Below are positions 1 through 13,900 of a stretch of 64,000 nucleotides of DNA, in pieces. The notes beneath the pieces were generated by a model, which saw nothing but the letters and a program-made list of their open reading frames with translations, was not told the origin of the DNA and did no database searches. The stretch lies in NCBI RefSeq assembly GCF_006345805.1, contig NC_043003.1, positions 35,464,001 to 35,528,000 of the forward strand, given 5' to 3'. Source of the DNA: Octopus sinensis. Taxonomy: Eukaryota. The translations under genes and the position numbers were made by a program. Within the stretch, counting starts at the first letter, position 1, and every line of letters begins with the position of its first letter.

Positions 1-999
1 GTATATTTGTTAGAAGCAATTTTTTTGCAATTTTATATAATTGTATAATTTTATATTTTATTTCTTTTCATACTCTATTTTTTCAATAATAGTTTTAAAC
101 CACTGTGAACTACCACTTATTTTGTACTCGGGACTTGTAAATTAACATGAAGAAATAGAGCCATATCAAATATCATAAAACGTAAATTCTTGATTTGATA
201 AACTTATCTCCGCCTGTACAAGAAGCCGCAATTAAGAAAGATAACCGCAAAAGTCAATTATTTTTTTACCAAAGACGATAGTCCATTAAAGAAAAGCAGA
301 TAAAAGAAAGTCGTACACATGTGTGTCATACTCAATAGCCGTTATCATTCCCATAGAGTGACATTTATTTGAACAATATAAAAACTTGAAGCTATACCAA
401 ATCCCATCCAACATGTATTGTTGATTTAATAAGAGTACCTCCTTATTTAGCGACAGTATCCTAATTACCAAATACAAATTAGGACCAAACACTGGCTATT
501 CTGAGTTTGTCTTCGCTCATTTTTGAGTAAATTATACAAATTACTAGGCCATAAATGTGTTCCACTCATTTTTGTAGAAATGTAAGTCTCTTGACAAATA
601 ATACATTTGTCGTTCTAATGACGGTAAGTGAGCCAGAAAAACCTGTCTACGATTGTTGTCAATAAATTTGTGTTTTACCATCTTGATTCTCGTCATTATC
701 TCCAAATGCAAAGCAGAGAATCTGTGGCCTCAATTCAGCCAACATTTTTTTATTAATGATACCTGTCTATATGAACATGCTTGCGGACTTATGAATCTCT
801 GAGTAATGGCGTTATGAGTGGTTTATGGCTCAACTACAAATTTGTAATTTGCAGAAACGCATTGAGTGCACTGTTTTTGCATTTTTCGTATTTCCACATG
901 CACACACACACACACACACACATTTATATACATATATGCATGCATGTATATATATATATATAGTTACACACACACACACAGACATATATATATAGGGAG

Positions 1000-1178
1000 A
1001 GTCTACGAAAAAAACCAAATTACGAAGACAGGTGGTGTGCAAAACAAACAGATGTATTAGAATAACACCCAGGAATAGAAAAAGTCTTTTACATTTCGAG
1101 CCTACGCTCCTCTACAGAAAGGGACACAGAAAAAAACAAGGAGAGAAAAACTGTGTGTAGTGGTTAACGATCTATCAT
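1000..1178 (-). mobile_element. Short interspersed repeat with a decayed hammerhead motif (Penelope-associated type)
   Basis: Minus strand 1121-1086 reads cttt CTGTAGA g gagc-gtag-gctc GAAA tgta aaag. The layout resembles the repeats at 29380-29570 and 47562-47768. Flanked by (TA)n. Confidence 0.55.
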
Positions 1179-1548
1179 ATATATATATATATAAACATAT
1201 ACATAGAGAGACACATATGTATCTATATGCAAATGCTTGTGTACATACATATATGCATTCATATATGTATGTATTTATGTGTGCATTTCCAGTCTTAATT
1301 CCAACAGAGAAGGTTTCTAATTTAATGAAATAGTTACTGTTATACAGATGAATACAAGCATATTCACACAGACTCACAGACTCACACCTCAATGGAAACG
1401 CACATATAGACAGAATCACGAATATACGTGTTTCAATGTGTGTGGGATTATGCTTGTCTTCATCTGTATAACACCAACTATTTCATTAAATAAATACATA
1501 CATACATATATATATATGTATGTATATATATATATATATTATATATAT

Positions 1549-1627
<79 letters not shown>

Positions 1628-2900
1628 TTATATATTATATATTTATCCATTCATGCTTGTGCGCGTTTGTTTTATACATATCTATGTCACCGGTGCTATT
1701 GAGTTTGTAGGAATGAATGTCTAATTCTCTTTGTTATACGGTTTTTAGTCGTGAAGCGAAATGCACTCACACACATCACCGTTATTCCAATGTTTCAGTT
1801 TATTGAAATATATCACTTTCTGCCTGGATTTTATTATTTCTTCAGTGGAAACAGCTCTCATTCTCTTACTTGTATTCAAGACTCTAAAATCTAGAAAATG
1901 TTGACATCTTTTCTCTGATTCCGCTTTATGACAGGAAATTTTTTTCCATTTATATCTCATAACGTGTTTGCAGACGTTTATTGTCCATGTTTAGGAAGCA
2001 GCCTTGTTTATATCCTGCTGCGTTGATCAGAATTGAAAATAACATAGAGCATATCGATGCCATAGGTGAATTCAAATATAGACACCAGGGATCCATAAAT
2101 GTCTACCATTAATTTATTTTACTAACCACTTCCCTATCGTATACGCAACTAATTTCCGAAGAATTAGACATTTTCATTTTCTAGATATCAATGTTAGGTC
2201 AATCTCGCTTGAGTTTATTTTTGTTTTGTTAATTTCAGTTTCCGGCGTATTCTCGAAATGCGTAATTCTCCATTCATTTGTGCATATATTTCATATTCTT
2301 TGTCTGCAATATGTTTCATGTTGTTTCGACAAGCACTAGCCAATTGATATGTTTCCACGTCTACCATACATTGGATCTTTTGTATTCCAAGCTAAAAATA
2401 TATACGTATCTCGATTTATACAAAGAGGCTTAACTGTTGAGAAAGGACAACCGTCAGCAAAAAAAGTGAAACTTATCAGAAATAAGGAACCGTCTAAGAA
2501 ACAATGTAATAATTACACACTTAATCTGCAATATAGTTTACACCAATTATTTAGATATTCCATTAGATTTTATAATACGAAAATAATTCGAAGTTTTTCC
2601 TGTTAAGCTCCATTAGTTTTGTGCTTTTCTCAGCTGATTATATTGAATATTGCTTTTGCAAAGTGATGTTTGTTTTTGTGATTATGTCTTCATTTAAAAC
2701 AAGGTATAGACAAAATTTTCGCTTCGAGTGAGTAATTTCCGAATGTCTTCATCTAAAAATCCAAACGAAGGCCGCGGACGACACAACAAAGCATCTATTT
2801 TACCAACTTCAATTTATGTTTTATTGCTAGGCTTATTATCTCTAAGAAAAACTGTGTTAGCAAATTAAAAGGAACTTCAGTATGGTCTTCTGTATAGGTG

Positions 2901-2929
<29 letters not shown>

Positions 2930-2934
<5 letters not shown>

Positions 2935-3330
2935 TCGGGGTGAGTACTTGATAATTATAAGCACCTGTGTATACCGTTTGGTGGTGTAGGTGGTGGAGTA
3001 AATTGATCAAAATAAAAACATGATGCGAAGGATTCAGCGGTACATATGTTTCGGGCCTTTATTAGACAGATTTATAACAATGCATATGTATGTCTGTGGC
3101 CTTCTTCAGCCGCGCACAACAGCTTCCACAAGGACATGTGTTACATCAAAAATTCTTGGTTGGGGATGCAAATCCTCTCATTCGCGTACGACATAATGCG
3201 GCAGCAGCATAGAATTGAAGCGTCCATCTCTTTCTTCTCTCAATGTAGAATGAGGAAATTTGGATGTTGAAGTAATGTAAATAAATAAATACATATATAG
3301 ACGTGAAGATGGAGGGGCGAGAATTCAGGA
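2930..3330 (-). mobile_element. Probable Penelope-like element terminal region containing a hammerhead ribozyme
   Basis: Abuts a (TA)n tract and contains the hammerhead at 3037-3113. The boundaries are approximate. Confidence 0.45.
3037..3113 (-). ncRNA. Type I hammerhead ribozyme, minimal/dimeric type
   Basis: Minus strand: stem I GCGG/CCGC, core CTGAAGA, stem II GGCC...GGCC with inner AGACA/TGTCT pairing, GAAA, palindromic stem III ACATATGT, cleavage triplet GTA. Confidence 0.8.
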
Positions 3331-4989
3331 CGAGGGATAAAAAAATGTATAAAAAGTGTAAGTATAGAAAGATATAAAAATGTAGAGTATAAAAATATAA
3401 AGGGATATAAGGGGATGTAAAGGGGGTATAAAGAATATAAAGAAATATAAAGAAATATAAATTAATGTAAAGGCATAAGGTTATAAAGTAAAAATAGAGA
3501 TAGAAATAAAAGTAAAAAGTAAAAATATAGGAATAAACATGATAAAAATGTAAAAAAATGTGTAAAAAAATATAAAAATAAGGGATGTATAGAGGTTACG
3601 GACCAAACATGGTGGTCAGGAGATTGATAAAATTTAGTTGTAGAAGTTTTGGGTGTCAATAAATCAACAGTGTCGTCTGGGGACCTAGTGTGTTGTAAAT
3701 CAGAGCTGTTGAGCGTTTAATCTAGTTCTTTGAATTAATTGGTCATATTGTACATACATACCATCATGGATACATACACCCATATACACGCGTACATATA
3801 CGCGCGCATACACGGCTCCAAGCCTATAAGCATACACACGCACTCACGTGTAAACATGTACATAAACACACATACACCCACACGCACGCGCGTACATATA
3901 CATACATACAACAGAATATCCGCATGTATACACGGACATTATACGTGTACACACCCATACATACATACGTGCGTCCATCCTTACATACACATACACATAT
4001 GCCCACGCTTCCAGGTTTAGATATAAGATATTAAAGGATGTATATAAGAACGCATGTAAAGAATCACGCACTCACGTCTACACGTGCACGCCCACACGGC
4101 TGTGTGTCCATATGTGCGTGCACATATACACTTACATACACACACAGAGACATACGCGCATATGGGTATAGCTGTAAGATATTAAAAGATGTATACAAAT
4201 AGGTGTAAACCTATGACTATAAGAAAACATGTAAAAAAATGTAAAGAAGTACGGGGTATGTACATCCAGACGTAGATGTTTACTCGTACATATGTACACA
4301 TATGTATACGTATACATACGTACACGGACGCTCGTATAATCATAAAGCGGATCCATAGGTAAGTAAATAAGGGATAAGCAAAAAAAATAGACATATATAG
4401 AGATATAAAGCGATAAGTTAGGGGTAAGAATGAGGGTAAGGGTAAAAATTAGGAATAAAAATAAGAAATACAATATAAAATAAGAAATACAATGTATAAG
4501 TTAGAAATGAAATATAAAAATTATAAAAATTATAAGAATTAAGATAAGGGATGAAAATAAATATGAGAATAAAGGTAAAGCGAAGTAGAATAGGATAAAG
4601 CAAAATAAAAGTAAAAATAAAAGTAAAAATAAAAATAAAATAAAATAAAATAAAATATATATATATATAGTACAAATATTTAACAGTAAGGATTCGATGA
4701 TAATAAAAAGAAATTCTAATAAATATAGAGACAAATTTTTATATTTAAGTTTGTCATCCTTATTGTGCTTCTGTACAGGAAGTAGGAAATAATACACAGA
4801 AAAATACTATTTCCATGTTTAATCTCTAATGTACATTCTACATTGGGCGCACCACCATAAAATGTTATATTCGCTTCAACTCTGAATGAAAACAGGACGC
4901 AAGAATTTATGCGTCAAGTTGGCTACTTTAGAAAATGCTATTTAAAAATTCCTTTAGGAAATGTGCCGGAAAGTTTTAACAGAACAATT

Positions 4990-5700
4990 GAAAATATTTA
5001 AACCCGTAGTTTGATGTATTTGAAGTTTATTTTCAGTAATAATCTTAACTTTCGTTCCTTAAAGATATCCGAAAAAATTCAAACAGGTTGGCACACTATA
5101 ATTTGTGTACAGATACCTTTTCAAATTATTCTAAAGCTTCCGAATATAGTTACAAAAACAGCGTAATTTAGAACTTAAGTCCTATAACAATTTGATGACT
5201 GTTTGGTAATCCAATTTTGTAAGCCAATTGACTCATTTGATAACATTGTGAAAAGGTTCGACTTCCACTCAGAAATAAAGAACAATTGATGAGGTCAATA
5301 TCAAAATTATATTATCATACTATGAAGTTGCTATTGACCTAAAATTAGTAAATGAGTACGATCAGTTACGAGAATATTAGCTTCTTAAAATTCCCATAAC
5401 ACAGAAGAAAACCCTCCATCCAAAATGCAAGGTACAGAAATTGTTACATTTATGTGTAGCAACACTTAACTGATGTGTACCCCAATATTGTTAGTGCGCT
5501 TAAGCTACACTGGCAATGCCTATTACGATCTGTGAAGAGCAAAAGAATTTCTCAAGGCTAATTTTTTTCTACAAAAACTGAAGTGTACATAAATGATTTA
5601 TACATTATATCACTACAAAAAGACAGAAAGAAAGAGACATTGAAGGAAAATTCTCATAAGAAAAAAAACCTGTGCGTGAGTATATCGCTAGGAAAATCAG
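4990..5700 (+). mobile_element. Degenerate hAT transposase remnant (C-terminal dimerisation domain)
   Basis: 5472-5560 translates, with one frameshift, to DVYPNIVSALKL/LAMPITICEEQKNFSRL, which matches the hAT-C pattern FPN..AL...LT.P.T.C..ERSFS.L. Confidence 0.55.
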
Positions 5701-6324
5701 ATAATCAAAGAGAATTTTGTAAAATGCTGTTCATGCAATATACATTCTCATAATTGTTTTATAATGGAAAATAGTAATGAATCTAGACTGCACTGTTTAT
5801 TATTTTATCAGTATATCATACATCAAATATATAAGTGAACAATACCTAAGTTTAGGAAATTATTTAGAATCTTCTGGTTAGCTTTTATTTTCATGGAAGG
5901 CACCACATTAAAGTGGATACGGTTCTGCAGCTCCTTGCTTGTTTGAATAGGTGCCCTACTTCAAAACTATTTTCACGGATATCTCCTGATCATCCCACAC
6001 GTTTTTGCCTTTTAGGCCTCAAGGTCCTTAAATGCGTTTTAATATATTTCAGATATATTGAGATGCCGCGCTACTGTCGCGACTTCAGGCACCCAAAAAC
6101 GATGGACTATCACTGTGTTTAGAGCTATAATAAATTTTAAGTGAGAATTTTGAATTAAAAAAAGAATATTTATACTCGCCTTTCGAAACCTTATAAATAT
6201 AGATCATAGAATATAATTCTATTTCGTAATGCGATGGGTCGAATTTGGTTAATAGAATATTTAATAACCACAATAACAGGGCTAACAGCCAAGGCGAATA
6301 TAATCACGAGTCTAGCGACGACGA

Positions 6325-6563
6325 CAATGTTCTTGTTAATGATGATGATGATGATGATGGTGATGAAGAGGAGGAGGAGGAGGAGGAGGAAAATGTTGTG
6401 GCGAACATTCAATAATAAAAATAAAAATGAAATTGATAAAATATTGACAACAGGAGGATACTGATGGTTATCGTAGTGAAAACGTTGATATTGGTAATGA
6501 TGATAGTGACGGATATTGGTAATGATGGTAGTGATGATAACAATAATCGAAGTAATAATAATA

Positions 6564-6596
<33 letters not shown>

Positions 6597-6600
6597 GGGA
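6325..6600. repeat. Compound trinucleotide microsatellite (GAT/GAG/AAT)
   Basis: (GAT)n, (GAG)n and (AAT)n runs, which produce the spurious poly-M/R/D/I/H ORFs in the track. Confidence 0.85.
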
Positions 6601-6659
6601 TGTGGAAGACAAAGTTGTAAGTATACATGCATGCAACATACGTATATATCTATAAGTAT

Positions 6660-6712
6660 ATTTTTTATTTCTTTTACTTGCTTCAGCCCAAAGCTGTGAC
6701 CTTGATGGAGCA
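6660..6712 (-). mobile_element. Isolated 3' tail of a SINE-A-like or CR1-partner element
   Basis: Minus strand gtgctccatcaaggtcacagctttgggctgaagcaagtaaaagaaataaaa resembles the SINE-A tail gtgctccagcatggccgcagtcaaatgactgaaacaagtaaaag. Confidence 0.55.
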
Positions 6713-7457
6713 CAGTATGTACATATATATATATATAGTTATATATATATGAATATATGTATGTACATATAAACTTAGATAAATACTAGTTAGTATATAT
6801 GCATACAGGCATACATACGCTTGTGTAGGAATATGAGGTTGAGAGGGAGAGACAGACAGACAAACAGATAGGCAGACCGAGAAAATCTATGAAAACGTAA
6901 ACTGAAAAATGCTAGGAAAGTTAGCTTGCTTACAATGCTTTTTAAGTGTAAGATTAAGATAACCAAATGCATGATGGTGCAAACTATGAGATAGATGAGA
7001 ATAAGGCTAAGGATCGTGATATTATTTTTGATGGAAATATTTTCTGCCCCGTTGCCATTTTTTTTTTTTTTTCATGAATTATTTTTCATTTTATTTTTTA
7101 GAATTCATTTCTACTCCTGTCACTGCTTAAATTGTGATTTGTTTTTGATTCACATTCTATGTTTTTTTTTCTTGCGTAGCTGTCACGTCAACCTTCTTGG
7201 ACGATTTTAGTTGTTGTCTCCATCATCATTATTTATGGCACTGTGACTCGTCCTTTCAGCTGATGCCATTTTGTAGGCGAAATTATCTTTCTACATGATT
7301 TCTCCTTCTCACTCTCATCTACTATATCTATTTATCTTTAATTCCTTCTCACAGCCTTTTCCCATCGCCTTCTTTTCATAACCGCATAACTATTGTGTTT
7401 ATTAACGGAAACATTTACATAAGAGGGTCGGCATAAAATAGATGCACCTATAAATAA

Positions 7458-7509
<52 letters not shown>

Positions 7510-7596
7510 CCATATATACATGCATATATGTATATATGTGTGTATATATATATATATATGTGTGTGTATGTATATATGTATATATATATATATATG

Positions 7597-7652
<56 letters not shown>

Positions 7653-7679
7653 CATATATATACATACAAAGAATATGAG

Positions 7680-8130
7680 GGGTTTAGTGCACTGGTGATC
7701 TAAATGAATAGGTACGATGAGTAAGTGCTATAATTGGTGATACCTTAAGTTCAATGTTCACAGCTGACGCTGGAGGTAGAGATCCGTATTAGGCTTCCGA
7801 GTTAGCAAGTATGTATTATACTAGGGAAAAACACAACAAAAATCAAGGCAGGACAATTATCTCAAGTCAATTAGAATGTTTAATTAGAGAAATGTGAATT
7901 TGAAGTCTTACATCTGTTTCCGGAATATCCTAGTATGTTCGTACATTAGGTATTCCATCGTCAGAGGCCAGGTGAGTATGTGTGAAGATCAAGACAAGGA
8001 AATTCACAGTTTATAATAATAAAATAGTAGACAGAAGAATAAAGAGTAAAACAGTAGATGGAAAATACAGAGAGGAGAGTAATGTTCTTACCTCAACTTA
8101 TTCCAAAGGGTATGGAGGTTGGTCGGTACT
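7680..8130 (-). mobile_element. Penelope-like element 3' end / pseudo-LTR
   Basis: Minus strand about 8119-8093 encodes TSIPFGIS*, like the T..P.G.N terminus of PLE GIY-YIG ORFs. A hammerhead follows downstream on the same strand. Confidence 0.55.
7905..7968 (-). ncRNA. Type I hammerhead ribozyme, slightly diverged
   Basis: Minus strand: gcct CTGACGA T GGAATA-CCTAATGT-acga-ACAT-ac-TAGG-a-TATTCC G GAAA C AGAT GTA agac. Long stem II and near-palindromic stem III ACAGATGT. Confidence 0.7.
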
Positions 8131-9599
8131 TATATATATATATATGAATTATAAATTTTATTGCAATAGGATAGTATTATTTTTCAGCTTGTATATTTAT
8201 ATATATTACTGCACCTTGCACTCAATGATATTTAAGCAACTGTCAGTTGTTGGTGGTTACAATGAATTCATCAACGTTAGAGAGAATCGTGCCTACCATT
8301 GGTTCTTCCATATATCAATGACACTAGGTTAGCTGCGGATTATTTTCGTCCTCCCTGCTGTACAGTTTTTTTTCTTTTTTGGCACCTTACATTCTATGCC
8401 TACGGCAATCCATGTGTAGCAATTATAATCCATTATATTCTTTTACTAATTCCTGAGGATTTCTCATTTCTCTCACAGTTAGTGTTTTCTTTCTGCACAC
8501 GTTTGTTACATCCGGGGTCTTCCGCTACATTTCATACATCAGTTATTCAGTGCTTCCTAAGTATAATCCTAGTCAGGTATGACTGTATATACCAACAAGC
8601 CTATTACATGAAACACTACAGAAAACACGACACACTGCGTCCTTAACGTGTCGAAAGATTCCTTGCTGCCTTTAAAGTCAGACCATTTCTTTAATGTTGC
8701 CGCTTTGTCTTGCTTTCCCTTGCAAAAGACAATTCATGAATCACGACCTCGTTTTGAGTCATTCTGCAAGATAAGGCCAGGAGTCTCCTTTGTTATTGCA
8801 ATATATTTCTGAAAACAAAGCTTTCTTTACATATCCGTACAGCGTCAAGTTAATGGAATATATAGGATTATGGATATCAGCTTTCTCCTTTTCTCACCTT
8901 TCTTGAGGAAAGTCAAGTACAACTTGATGCTAATTTCCATTAAATTTTTATTGCTTGACTAATGTTTTAATGCAACTATAAATTTGTACAAGATTTGTCC
9001 ACGCTACCATGCATAGTTAGTATTGGTTTACTTGTATGCTACTCTCACGAGTACCACGGACGCATAAATCCTTATGCCAGTCTAATATTGGCTGTAGAAG
9101 GAAACGTACCACACATTTCACTGATATATAATCGCCCATATAAATATAGTAGGATTATGATGCAAAGCAGACACAAACTAATAATGCATGCTGCCAGACA
9201 AGTGAATCACGTGACTGGAAACGCTTAGAAATATGAAGAAGTGAAACCATAGCGGAAACATTCGAAAATGAAAATAGACCAATGGAAAAAACAAAAGACA
9301 ATTTAACACTTTATTTAAGAAGAAACAAAGTCAGTAATAAGAGAAGATGGAGAAAATAAAGGTGTGCCATACTGAAATTAGTACGACTGCCTACATGGCA
9401 GGCCAAGTGTAAAATAGAAGTAGAGAAGTGAGACAGAAGAACATGAGTTGGAGAGAGTGATAAAGGACAGGAGAAAAGAGAGCGAGAAAAAGAGAATGAG
9501 AATGAGATGGAGAAGGATGTAGGCATGAAAGTGCGGAAGTAAGAGGTGAGAAGTGAGATGAATGGAATCAGAAGGGAACAATAGAGGTTGAGAAGTTGC

Positions 9600-9970
9600 A
9601 AGGATTGATGCTGAGACGCTTCGCATAATTATGAGTTTCCATAGTTCGGATTTTGTATGCAGCCACCGACAATACTCAGAAACTGGGATTTGTCCTGCGA
9701 CTTGTATGATTCAGGAGCGTCAGCTCAGAGTGCTTAACCGTGTTGCTCAATTTTCCGAGTTAGATCCTGTATATAGCATTCACTTTCTGAGAATCCAGCT
9801 GGGATGACGGTCATAGTCGGTCCGGTAGATTGCAAATGGTCACGGCGAATAATGAAGTATCTTGCAGAAACGAGATGTCACCGAGACTCCATTCGGAGGG
9901 TTTCTTGGGACAATCTGAGAAATCCTTGAGAAATTGTATTGTAGCGAGCTCTGCAACTGCTCATGACCCC
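9600..9970 (+). mobile_element. RTE-clade LINE 3' ORF fragment, degenerate
   Basis: Translates to LRIIMSFHSSDFV...ETGICPATCMIQERQLRVLNRVAQFSELDPVYSI, resembling the RTE C-terminal LRRI.G..W.D.V.N...R.RQLR..GHVAR pattern. Confidence 0.55.
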
Positions 9971-10910
9971 ATACATAACCTGGCCTGTATAGCGAGATGC
10001 ATAGCAGTCATGCTTGCACTATTTGAATATATTTGATAATATAACTTGTATCTTTAAGTTCTATATTCGAAAAAACCACATGAATGCTAAATTAGACACA
10101 CATATATACTAAATATTATATACCTACTACGAAAGGTAGAGTTAGATTATACCGCCAAAATATATGTAATTAGTGTGTATGAGTTTGTATATATATGCAT
10201 ACACATTTGGCAAAAAATGCATGTGAAGATAAGTACGTTTTCATAGTGATGTATGCGTACACACGGGGGTGCGCGAGCGCGCATGTGTACGTATGAACAG
10301 GTACGCTTACGTGTTTACTATGAATTTTTAACCTTATCTTAATTAGCGGTCATTCGAATTAGCGCTTTTGCATAAGTAGCGGTCTATAACACAGTAATTT
10401 CCCGTTATATAACGGTCTTTTTTCATAGCGTTTTTCAGATGGCCAGGTAACCGAAGAGATGGCGGTGTGGATTTCCACCTCGGCATCCAAAACTCAGAGT
10501 TTTATCTTGGCTACCGAATAATTGTCACATATTAATTTACAGATATATATATATATATGTATGTATATTCATATACACCCCCACATATACTGCCCATTCC
10601 TATTTCCCCCAACCACATAACCGATTTCTTGTCCTCCACGCAATCGATTTCCTGTTGATCGCGCACTCGATTTCCGTGCACCACGCGGTCGCTTTCCTGT
10701 TCACCATGTGGTATTTGTTTGACTAACTGTTGTTGCTAAAATACCAACATGAAACCGCTGTAATGCGTGACCTTTCTCATCCAATTGCAGATTAACGTCC
10801 AGTAGTAAACATTCATTCTCTTCAATCGAATTCTCATTCAGAATCCAATGGCCAAACACTAGCCGCCGCTTGAAACTCTGAGTACCAAGGAATCTGAAAT
10901 CAAACTGTTA

Positions 10911-10960
<50 letters not shown>

Positions 10961-10962
<2 letters not shown>

Positions 10963-13900
10963 CTACTGAATGTAGGAGGGCTGCTGCGCGGAAACTGTAA
11001 AAAGAAATTTCATTCCTGAGAGACCTGTGACATGCAATCAAGCTATATGCATGGCACTCACAGAAACGCATCTTGAACCCGATATAGGTGATGCAGAAAT
11101 ACACATGCCGCAATATGCAGTCATACGCACAGATAGAAAAGGGAGGAGCCATGGTGGAGTTGCAATGTACATCCGAGATGACCTCACGCCCCAGGTCCTG
11201 CTGTCATATTCAAACTCAGTATGTGAAACTCAAATTGTACACATAAGACAACTGAATATCGTCATATGCACTACATATCGCCCACCAGACGCCCCAAAAC
11301 ACTCAGGCATGTTTGAAGACTGCCTAACAAAAATAGGAGAAGTCCTCACCAACCTTGAACAGCACAACAGTGTATTCTTCATGGGTGACTTTAACCTCCC
11401 CAATGTGGAATGGCCTGGGGGCAGATGCTCCCAGGGATGACACCCCATCAGCAGGCACAGGTGGAGTCCCTGCTCCATCTCACAAATACCTCTTTCATGG
11501 AGCAATAGTTCTGCAACCAACAAGGGCAGATAATATACTGGATCTCTGCTTTACAAAACAATATGGATATTATCCATAATGTTAATGGATGCCGACAATG
11601 ATCTCGGATCACAACATAATAGTGTCTATGTATGGAACAAAAGCCCCCGCAGACACACAGCCTATACGAACCACCCACCATCTCTCCACCTTAAACTTTC
11701 ATAAAGCCAACTGGAAGTCGATTGAGAAAGAGATCCTCAAACAGGATTGGCCTGAATGTCTCTCCACACCGGACATACACATGAAACACAAACACTTCAT
11801 GTCCATAATACAAGCCATAATGTGACAAATATGTCCCAATGTGCAGGGCCAGCACACACAAGAATAAAAACAGGATCCCTAGAGAAAGGAGGATTCTTAT
11901 GAGACGACGGACAGGATTGCAAACCGCCTGAGCAAGCACACCAAAAGTGGTGAGAAGTCTCGGCTCGAAAGAATGCTAATGGAACTGAGAAAAGTCTACA
12001 TCAGTCCCATGAAAAGGAGAGAGCAATATAAAGAAGCTTGGGTAATAGAAAATATAAAATCAAACCCTAAAGCTTTCTTTAATTTGGCCAAAGAGACAGC
12101 CACAGTGCCCAGAGAAATAGGACCTCTCTCCAAAAAGATGGCTCTCTCACAGGAAATCCCACGAGGATAAGTGAAATACTGAACGAACAGTTCCAAAGTG
12201 TGTTCACTACACCTCTAGGACACAGGCAAGTAAACAACCCGAAGAATTCTTTGCCACTTTACCAGCGGCCAAAGAGACAAAAATTGAGTACATCAACATC
12301 GAAGAAGATGATATCACACTAGCCATTGATGAGATTGACACAAACTCAGCTGCTGGACCTGATGGATTCCCAGCGATCCTTCTCAAATCGTGCAAACGAG
12401 CCCTTGCAAACCGCTACAGCTTCTTTTTCAGAGCTTTCTTGCAAGTGGTAAGCTCCCAGTCAAACTGAAAAGGGGGTAATATGCCCTATCCATAAGGGAT
12501 AGCAGAGCAGATGCTAAAATTATAGGCCTATCTCTCTGACCTCACACATCAGCAAAGTCATGGAACGAAAGAGTCCGTAAGAAACTAATCATGTTCCTTG
12601 AAGAAAATGACTTACTGTCTGACACCCAGCATGGATTTCGACCAGGTAGAGGCTGCCTAACACAGCTCCTGCAGCACTATGACTGGGTGTTTGAAACAGC
12701 TACTAAATGGCTCAAATGTGGATGTAAATATCTTGACTTTCAAAAGCCTTTGATAAAGTCGACATGGTATGATCTGTCATAAACTGCGTGGTCTCGGCAT
12801 AGGCGGGAAACTTGGAGAGGGCTGCACAACTTCCTAAAAGACAGAAAACAGGCAGTTGTGAGCAATGGAGCCACCTCCAGGGAAACGCAAATAACAGCGG
12901 TGTCCCACAGGCACTGTCTGGGGCCTGATGTTTCATAGTGGCCCTTTCAGACATGCCTTCAGTTGCTACGATGACCACCCTTGCTAGCTATGCAGATGAC
13001 ACAAAGGTCTCCCACGCAAACAGAACCCTGAAATATTGCGCATCTGCAACATGAGCTGGACACAATATACAGGTGGGCTGAGGACAACAACATGCAGTTT
13101 AATGCAGGTAAGGTTCCAGGCCCTGCGCTACTGGCACACAAGGTAAATGACGTGAAGACTGGATACACTGGCCCAGGAAGAATTGCAATCCCTGAGTCAA
13201 AATCAGTGCGTGACCTGGGCATTGACATGAGCAATGATGCATCTTTCCAAATGCATATTGCTAATCTGGTGATAAAATGCAGACGGCTAGCTGGATGGAT
13301 TCTCCGAACTTTCAGAACAAGAGAGAAGGAGACACTGATGGTCCTATGGAAAACATTTGTCCTCAGCCGCTTGGACTACTGCTCCCACTTTGGTCACCAC
13401 ACAATATAAAACAAACAGCAGAACTCGAAGCAACTCAAGAAGCTACACAAAGAAAATCGTCTCAATGCAAAATGTCAGCTACTGGAAAGACTGAAGGTAT
13501 TAACCTCTTCTCCCTGGAGCGGAGGCGGAGAGATATGCAGTAATATACATCTGGAAAATCCTGGAGGGTCTTATCCCAAACTTTGGCATTCAAAGTTACT
13601 CCACCGCAGAACGGGGCGCGCGCTGCGTGGTGCCAAGGATTCCAACATCACCATCAAAATACAGGTCCAGATACTGCAACAGCTTGGTTTTCAGAGGACC
13701 ACAGCTTTTCAACATCCTCCCTAAATGCCTGAGAGACTTACATGGTGTGGATGTGGTTTCTTTTAAAACTAAACTGGATCTCTTCTTGTTGGAAGTCCCA
13801 GATGAACCTACCTCACGACAGGAGACGCGGATGCGGGCAGCAGCATCGAACTCCCTGTTGATCAAGTGCACGTATCAGAGGTGGATTCACAAACTAGTGT

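Noticed and set aside
286-560. Possible Tc1-like transposase relic on the minus strand
   Set aside because: The motif similarity is too weak to support by eye.
7255-7290. gcc..ggcGAAA hairpin resembling a hammerhead
   Set aside because: The core has two or more mismatches and there is no stem I.
10695-10770. Hairpin followed by GAAACCGCTGTA, plus 23-bp tandem repeats upstream
   Set aside because: The CUGANGA strand is missing, so a ribozyme cannot be called. The repeats have no spacers, so this is not a CRISPR array.
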